The translations under genes were made by a program, and so were the position numbers. A stretch of DNA of 64,000 nucleotides from Eledone cirrhosa (Eukaryota), in assembly GCA_964016885.1 (NCBI GenBank), contig OZ024751.1, positions 25,296,001 to 25,360,000 of the forward strand, given 5' to 3'. The notes under the pieces are model-generated. The model was not told the origin of the DNA, made no database searches, and was given only the letters and a program-made list of their open reading frames with translations. Below are positions 56,587 through 64,000 of this stretch, in pieces; within the stretch, counting starts at the first letter, position 1, and each line of letters opens with the position of its first letter.

Positions 56587-58160
56587 TATTCATGTAAACA
56601 TCATACCGCCATCATAGCTAGAATGCGGATTAAGTCCAGATTTGATTTCTGTTGCTCCAGTCCACGAGTAACAGGGAGTTAAAGCAGAGACTCTCAACGT
56701 GGGCTCTACCACCTCTGGATGGCGTTGAGAAGGTCCAGGGCCGCGCTAAAGTTGATACAATAGTATATTAAATATCAAATGATACATATTATATATATAT
56801 ATAGTATAATATAAAATATCTATTATATATTATTTACAAAGTGCATGTAGTCAGGTCTCTCTGGAAATAGGGGTTGGGTGCTGAGAGTATTACTTGGCCG
56901 TTAGGGAGCCTCTGAGTTCAAGATTAATGTTAAGTGACAATTAATGCTAATTAAACCAGGACGAGTTCCGGTTTAACTAGCTTCTGGGCTTGGGACAGAC
57001 TTAAACTTTAAACCTTATAAATCCCACTCCTTTCTGTTCCGTTAACTTAACCTTGTTAAAAGGGATTACCGCAGATAGTAAAAGATCTAATTGACCTGTA
57101 TTTGAGATCAAATATATACTGAAACTCACAGGTTATTCAGGAAACTCGGACGCAGAAAATAAGTGTAAAGACCCTTATAGACGGACAAAAGTTAGCAACG
57201 GTCGCTACGAGGAGCCGTTTGGCTTAATTATTAGAACAATGAACTGGTATCTGAAAGATATGAGGTTCGATTTCTCCCAGCGCCCGCTGGCTTATTTAAA
57301 TCTATCTTTAAATGGATCTTTACCTAATTTACCTATTTATAACAATCAACTAAATTTACAGCAATTTTCTGTGTCTGAGTTTTCTATATTTACTGTGAAT
57401 CTCATAATCTCACAGCTTTTCGAAAGTTCAAACTTTGCATACGACATATTTATATATTGAAATAATACGCCATTGGACCTACTAATTAATTCTATATAGC
57501 AACATGTATAGTGTTCGATCTCGTATAATGCCTCAGGTTATAACACACTAGAAAGCATATGATTGTCGAATATCTAAAGAGCAGCGATTTCAACCGAACG
57601 GGGTCTCACATATCTTTGATGTGATCCTAACTCCGCTTGATTTCTACTTTGTTTATATACTTGTAGCAATCTGGATTGAATTACGTTTAGTTTAGATGTT
57701 TGAGGATTACATATCTTAACTGAATCTTTAGAAATTAAATACTTGTTTCATCGCTAAATGATAGGCGGGTGGTATAGACACGACTCTGTAGACTATATAA
57801 CATCCGTTTTCTTAAATTTCGAGGTCTTGTGCCAATGCTGGAAATCCTCTTCTCTTCCTTTTGTTTTTCTTGACACACTTATTCCTGGGAGAATTTGGGG
57901 TAAATAGTCCTGTTAGAAGCAACGGTCTACAATTGATCCGGCTAGATCTCAATCTGAGCTCTGGTCTCTCAATTCCGAGAAGTAGCGACTCTACCTGTAG
58001 CACCTACCTGCTCGGGTACTGTAAGTTTCCGGGGACGACAAAACAATTTACCAATCAGGTAGTCGATCATCTTCGACGAAACCCAACCCTAAACAAATTT
58101 GTAAACATATGCTTACGCTAGACATCAATATAACCATAGCAATGTTTTTGTCTCTTGTAG

Positions 58161-58417
58161 ATATTTTGGATCAAATGTATTTTTCATGAGTGTGCCAATG
58201 GCTGGCAGGAGTAAAGGTCAATTTAAAGTGACCTACAGTTATCTCCTACATCGTCAGAATAACACATACCAATTACCTGTCTACATTCTCTTTCGGCAAG
58301 GGCAGTTTGTGCAAGATATACAGATCAAAATAAATGTGCGGGAACCGAGGAAAATTACAAATCTTTCTGTGAAACTTCTTAGAGAAGACAGCGTGCCAAT
58401 CTTAATCCAGGAACAAA
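58161..58417 (+). CDS. ITIH-like gene exon, end of VIT domain
   Basis: TCTCTTGTAG acceptor, GTGAGA donor. FFMSVPMAGRSKGQFKVTYSYLLHRQNNTYQLPVYILFRQGQFVQDIQIKINVREP matches the ITIH pattern FxVSVNV...KVTFELTYEELL.R...Y...Q.V....I.I.EP. Confidence 0.9.
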
Positions 58418-58789
58418 GTGAGAGACAGATTTTTTGTTTTATGTTGCTTTTAATTTCGTTAGTTTTCATCAAAATGCGAGTGCGTCTGTTGAACTTAGTT
58501 TCGGAAATATCATCGACCTTCTTTAGGTTAAGAGTTAAAGTTGAATGCGTAATATAGCTAGAGTAAAAGATGCTCGTCAAACATTACATGAAATATCTTG
58601 AACAATTTTTAAATATGTCAAATAGATATTTAATTCAATAGCTACTATGTTTATTTCACTCTAATATTTGGGCATTTATGTTGGTCTTGGGGTTAATAAA
58701 AAAAGACCTATCATCGCTTGGTCTAAAAACCATAGAGTTATGAGGCTGTTTGCTTGCAAACGAATCGAATATTATTATTATTCGATATA

Positions 58790-58984
58790 GGGCGGTGGAT
58801 TGGCAGTTTCAGTAGAGCGTCGGTACCATGATTTGCAGCGTAGAGTTATGGCCCGTTACAGTCTGAGTTCAAATCCTGCTGAAGTTAACTTTGTCTTTCA
58901 TCCTTAAGGGGTCGGTGAAATAAAGTACCAGTAATGCGCTGGTGTAATTGCTGACCTTGTGCTAAAAGTAGAAAAAATTATTAG
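58790..58984 (+). mobile_element. SINE family 1 with TSD
   Basis: TATTCGATATA at 58779-58789 and 58985-58995. Confidence 0.9.
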
Positions 58985-59434
58985 TATTCGATATAAAACG
59001 CACGAATGCATTTACGTATCCGCAGTTACAGCGAAACTAAATTTGCTTTTAAACAAAGAATTATCTTCATTCTGGTTCTTTACGTTCTGAGCTAAATTCT
59101 CACCGATGTCTAATCCAACCGCGCTCAGATCCAACCGCGCTCAAATCCCACGGAGGTTAACTTGCAGGGTCGTTAACATAAAATACTGGAGTCACGTTAA
59201 TCGACTTACTCCCTTAAAATGTTGGTCTGTGCCTAAATTAAAAACCCTTGTGTGGCCGATGGACTGGCTGAATCGTTTGAGAGTTGGACAAAATGCCTCA
59301 GGGTATAAAGTTACGCTGGCCATGTGTCTAAATTAGAGGCAATTATTATTGTTATAACCATCTACGTTAGGACGACTACATTTCAAAACAATGTTGTTGC
59401 TGTTGTTACTATTCTATTTTTTATACCTTCACAG

Positions 59435-59586
59435 AGGTTAAATTTAATCCCCATATTAAAAGGCTGTCACCACATCATGTGCTTATAAAATACAATACGT
59501 CTTTGGGAAGCATCAGGGATATATTCAGCAGAATGTTTTTACTGGAATATTCTTTGAAACAAGACTCAAGCATTGGAGACATCTTG
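59435..59586 (+). CDS. ITIH-like gene exon, VIT-vWA linker
   Basis: CCTTCACAG acceptor, GTAAGT donor. VKFNPHIKRLSPHHVLIKYNTSLGSIRDIFSRMFLLEYSLKQDSSIGDIL resembles ITIH F.v.YDV.r...GDI. Phase 1 to phase 0. Confidence 0.85.
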
Positions 59587-59853
59587 GTAAGTTATTTCCT
59601 TGGGATATTCATATCCACAAATTCCTACTGTATGATCCTCACACAACGGGGTGGAACTGTTGTTGCAACAGGTATCATAGGCTTTACTCTTCGGTGATAG
59701 GTCCATCATCACCTTCTCCTCACAGCTGAGATATTCTGTCCAGCAAACACTTTCTTCCTCCAAACTCAACACTTTTCTTTCTCACTTATAACTACATGAA
59801 TAAAAATAGTATTTCAGGAAACACACACACATACACGCACAAACACACACACA

Positions 59854-59969
<116 letters not shown>

Positions 59970-60054
59970 CACAAACACAAACACACACACACAAACACAA
60001 ACAGGAAGGAGCCGTCGAAACGGGTTGAGCTCTGCCGTCGGGGTCAAACATTTT

Positions 60055-60102
<48 letters not shown>

Positions 60103-60106
60103 ATGA

Positions 60107-60155
60107 GATTCTACAGGACTAGAACTGTTTCATTCATTAGAAATCATCAGGAATC
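60107..60155 (-). ncRNA. Type I hammerhead ribozyme motif (family F)
   Basis: Minus strand: GATTC CTGATGA TTTCTAATGAAT GAAA CAG-TTCTAGTC-CTG TA| GAATC. Second copy at 213-259 (minus). Confidence 0.7.
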
Positions 60156-60188
60156 ATGTGGTTACCTCCGATTCAACCCGGAATAACG

Positions 60189-60229
<41 letters not shown>

Positions 60230-60375
60230 ATGTGTGTGTATAACAAAGGAAGTGTGGTAATGAACCAGATGGACTATAACGCACCAGAGTACTTAATACT
60301 TAGTGTAGTAGAGTGGGTATTAGGAAATAGCTGTCGAAACGGCTTGAGCTCTGCCGTCGGGGTTAAACTTTTTCC

Positions 60376-61075
<700 letters not shown>

Positions 61076-61262
61076 CTTAAGGGTTTCTCTGTTAATGTAT
61101 TAAATATTGTATATATTTATATATATATTTATATATATTGCTGTACTTTCCATTCGTATGAAATCATCTCAAGACATTTCAGACAAATGAAACAGTTCTA
61201 GTCATGTAAAAGTCGTTTCTATATACTTCTGCATCTTAATGAATATGTTATTGCCTTTCCAG

Positions 61263-61548
61263 TGGGCCAAAACCGAAGGATTGTTTTTCTTCTCACCTCC
61301 AATGTTGGAACCATTACAAAAGGACATAGTCTTTACCATAGACTACACTGATTCTATGAAGGACCAGAAACTGCTTGAATTACAGAAAGGTTTTGCCAGA
61401 ATGCTACAAATGATGTCACGTGGAGATAGATTTAATGTTATTCTCTACAACAGTAAAGTATTCCGATGGCGGGATAGTCTTCAGCCTGTTACCGACAAAA
61501 ACATTGAGAATGCCGTTGAGTTTTTAAAGACTGTTCCAGCGATAGACT
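61263..61548 (+). CDS. ITIH-like gene exon, N-terminal half of vWA domain
   Basis: TTTCCAG acceptor, GTAAGT donor. FFFSPPMLEPLQKDIVFTIDYTDSMKDQKL...DRFNVILYNSKVFRWRDSLQPVTDKNIENAVEFL matches ITIH HFFAP.L...KNVVFVIDxSGSM.G.K...D.FN.I.F...V..W...L..AT..N...A..F. Confidence 0.95.
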
Positions 61549-61729
61549 GTAAGTAGCTACTTCTTCCTCTTGTTCTCGGTTCTTACGGTTGGTGTGTTAT
61601 TGTTGTGTTGGTGGTGGTGGTGGTGGTGGTGTTTGTTGTGTTGACGGTTGTGTTGTGGTAGTTGTTGTTGTTGTTGGTGGTGGTGATGGTGGTGGTGGTG
61701 TTTGTTGTGTTGACAGTTGTGTTGTGGTA

Positions 61730-61765
<36 letters not shown>

Positions 61766-62161
61766 GGTGGCTGTGGTAACAGTTGTGTTGTTGTTAGTGT
61801 TCGTGTTGGTAGTGGTGGTGGTGTTGCTAGTGTTGTTGTTTGTGGTGGTGTTGGTAGTGCTGTTGTTTGTGGTGGTGTTGGTAGTGTTGTTGTTTGTGGT
61901 GGTGTTGGTAGTGCTGTTGTTTGTGGTGGTGTTGGTAGTGTCGTTGTTTGTGGTGGTGTCGGTAAAGGTGTTGTTGACTATAGTCTAGTTATGTTTTAAT
62001 GTCTTCGGCCAGGGCTAAATTATGAATATAGAACAACGACATCTTCAGTTATGGAAAATGTATTTTGTTTATAATATTCCTGTCTTTGAGAAGAAATATA
62101 TATTTTATTTCATCTCATATCTCTTCTCTCTATTAACCTGTTTTTACTTTTGTTTTTCAAG

Positions 62162-62805
62162 TGAGTGATTTCAATTTGGCCATTGAAGAGAGTTTATCTC
62201 AGCTGAAGAAATCTGCTATAAGTAAGAACAGACCGAGGGTGGTATATTTCTTCACCGACGGTTGGCATTCATCTAATAACATTAACCGACACGAAATAAG
62301 CAAATATTTCCGTAAAAATAACAAAAACTGCAAAGCAATATTCTTCACGGTCGCTTTACATTCAAAGGCTGATTATATCTTAATGAAAACTTTATCGAAT
62401 TTGAGTGGAGGCAAAATGTTGAGAATCAACGAAAATCAAAATTTATCTGATTCTATGATCAATTTCTTTCGCGAAATGAACACACCGTTGTTAACGAACA
62501 TATCAGTGGTGGGTGTTAACCAAAATACTTATAACTATCCTGGCATAAAAGACTATTACCAAGGGACTGAAAAAATATTATATTTTAACAAAAGCAATAT
62601 AAATATCACTGATGGCGGACATTTTGCTGTTTCTGCTTTCGGCGCAGGTGGCAAATTAATGTTCCCGAATACTATCAATAATGCTCATTCCAAAAAATAC
62701 AAGAAAAAGTTTTTGGCAAAATATTTGGATTTTCTCTTCATAAGAATGGTAATTGATAGAAAGTTGAAGAAACGCAGGAAAGAAGCGATCAGCAGATCAG
62801 AGAGG
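62162..62805 (+). CDS. ITIH-like gene exon, C-terminal half of vWA domain and following region
   Basis: TTTTCAAG acceptor, phase 1. VYFFTDG, ADYILMKTLS...GG...RI.E, FFREMNTPLLTNI and YYQGTEKI all match ITIH motifs. Probable donor GTACGG at 62806; otherwise a stop follows at 62815-62817. Confidence 0.9.
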
Positions 62806-63376
62806 GTACGGTATTAAAAAACTTAATTTTCAAATTATACAGGTTATTCTTGCTACCGAGCGAAAAAAAAAAAAAAAAAAAAAAAAAGCATGGCGTATGA
62901 ATTAACATAATGAAATAGCTGTGAATAAATAGGGGCAAAGCATACTTTAAATTTTCTGTCTCCAACGAGTTTTGTCTCCGACGACCTTTATAACCTTCTA
63001 ATGTATTTTTTTGGCTTTACGATATCCGAAATCAGTGGCTAGTCACTTTCCTGTAATGGTACCACAGCGTTCCCACATAGAGACAGACATGACTCCATCT
63101 TCCAGCGGCAAATATCCAGTTTTATACTTCGATGAGTTATAGCCCCGATTTTGTCACACATATCATATAATGATAATTTTTGCGTCCATTACAACAACAT
63201 ACTTTGAAATGTCAATCTCCCACGTATCCATTAGACTTTCTATTGTATTAATATTAAAGTATAAGTTAAGTTAAGCCTTTAGATATGTATTTCTATGTGG
63301 ATCGTGAGAACTGTAAATAACCTCTGATGACATTACATCAAGAACCGAAGCTCAGTGGGAGATGTACGATTTACTG

Positions 63377-63535
63377 AGGCGGCGAAATTGCAGAGTCGTT
63401 AGAACGTCGGATAGAATGCTTTATATTCATTACGGCTTTCTGCTCTCTGAGTTCAAATCCCGTCGAGGTCAACTTTACCTTTCATTCTTTTGAGTTAGAA
63501 AAAAAAATCGTACCAGTCTAGTACTAGGGTCGATT
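63377..63535 (+). mobile_element. SINE related to family 1, older
   Basis: GGCGGCGAAATTGCAGAGTCGTTAG head, B box GTTCAAATCC, degenerate body. Confidence 0.7.
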
Positions 63536-64000
63536 TTTTCTCGGGACTAAATATGCTGTACTCATGCCTGGAGAGGGATGGGCTCCGCCAGGCTTCAAAT
63601 GCCTAGAAACGCTATATGTCAATACGGTGCATCTACGAATTTATCAGGAATTACGGGACCATACCATACGTAAATAAAACATGTTCTGGTATAGATAGCA
63701 ATTTAAAATATATAGAGCATGTATCTATCATTTACCAGCAACTGCATTATCGACTACCACTCTGCGAACCCCATGTTACAGGTGGATACCAAATAAAAAC
63801 CTAAATACATGTAAACGAAACTTCATCGTTTTTCTTAATGTACATCGAGCGCTCATTCTGGTGCCATCCCCTTCTGTGACGAATGACCGAGGCATTTGCA
63901 CCTAGAAACTTTCCCTCCGATGCACAAGTCCGGGTAAAGTTGTTTCTGGAAGACTAGCAGTCGCCCATGTATACCAGTGTCCCCTCTCCACTGATGATGT

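Noticed and set aside
62863-62888. A-run as the poly(A) tail of a processed pseudogene
   Set aside because: The gene has normal introns and no TSD is seen; a plausible donor at 62806 suggests the A-run is intronic.
63850-64000. Possible 5' end of an RTE LINE on the minus strand
   Set aside because: Only a remembered resemblance, with no ORF or second copy in the window to support it.

Overview
AT-rich, microsatellite-dense animal genomic DNA, most likely octopus/cephalopod (inferred from the repeat content, not proven). Nearly all ORFs in the supplied track are translations of simple repeats. One real gene can be assembled by hand: a secreted ITIH-like VIT + vWA protein on the + strand, CDS join(49854..49922, 50769..50929, 56082..56192, 58161..58417, 59435..59586, 61263..61548, 62162..62805), 560 codons with consistent splice phases, probably continuing past the window. 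The rest is transposon debris: tRNA-derived SINEs, R4/Dong, Tx1/L1 and RTE LINE fragments, two MITEs and a decayed Penelope-like (Naiad-type) RT. The most striking signal is a dense set of short inserts, mostly in (TA)n tracts, from about nine sequence-divergent families. They share one architecture: a minimal type I hammerhead ribozyme motif (about 20 complete or partial copies), often AATAAA just after it, a 3' tail with a cross-family YACTC...GAGTRCT hairpin, and a fold-back inverted copy whose axis often lies on the ribozyme, once exactly at the predicted cleavage site. All family and structure calls come from manual reading; no search or folding program was run.
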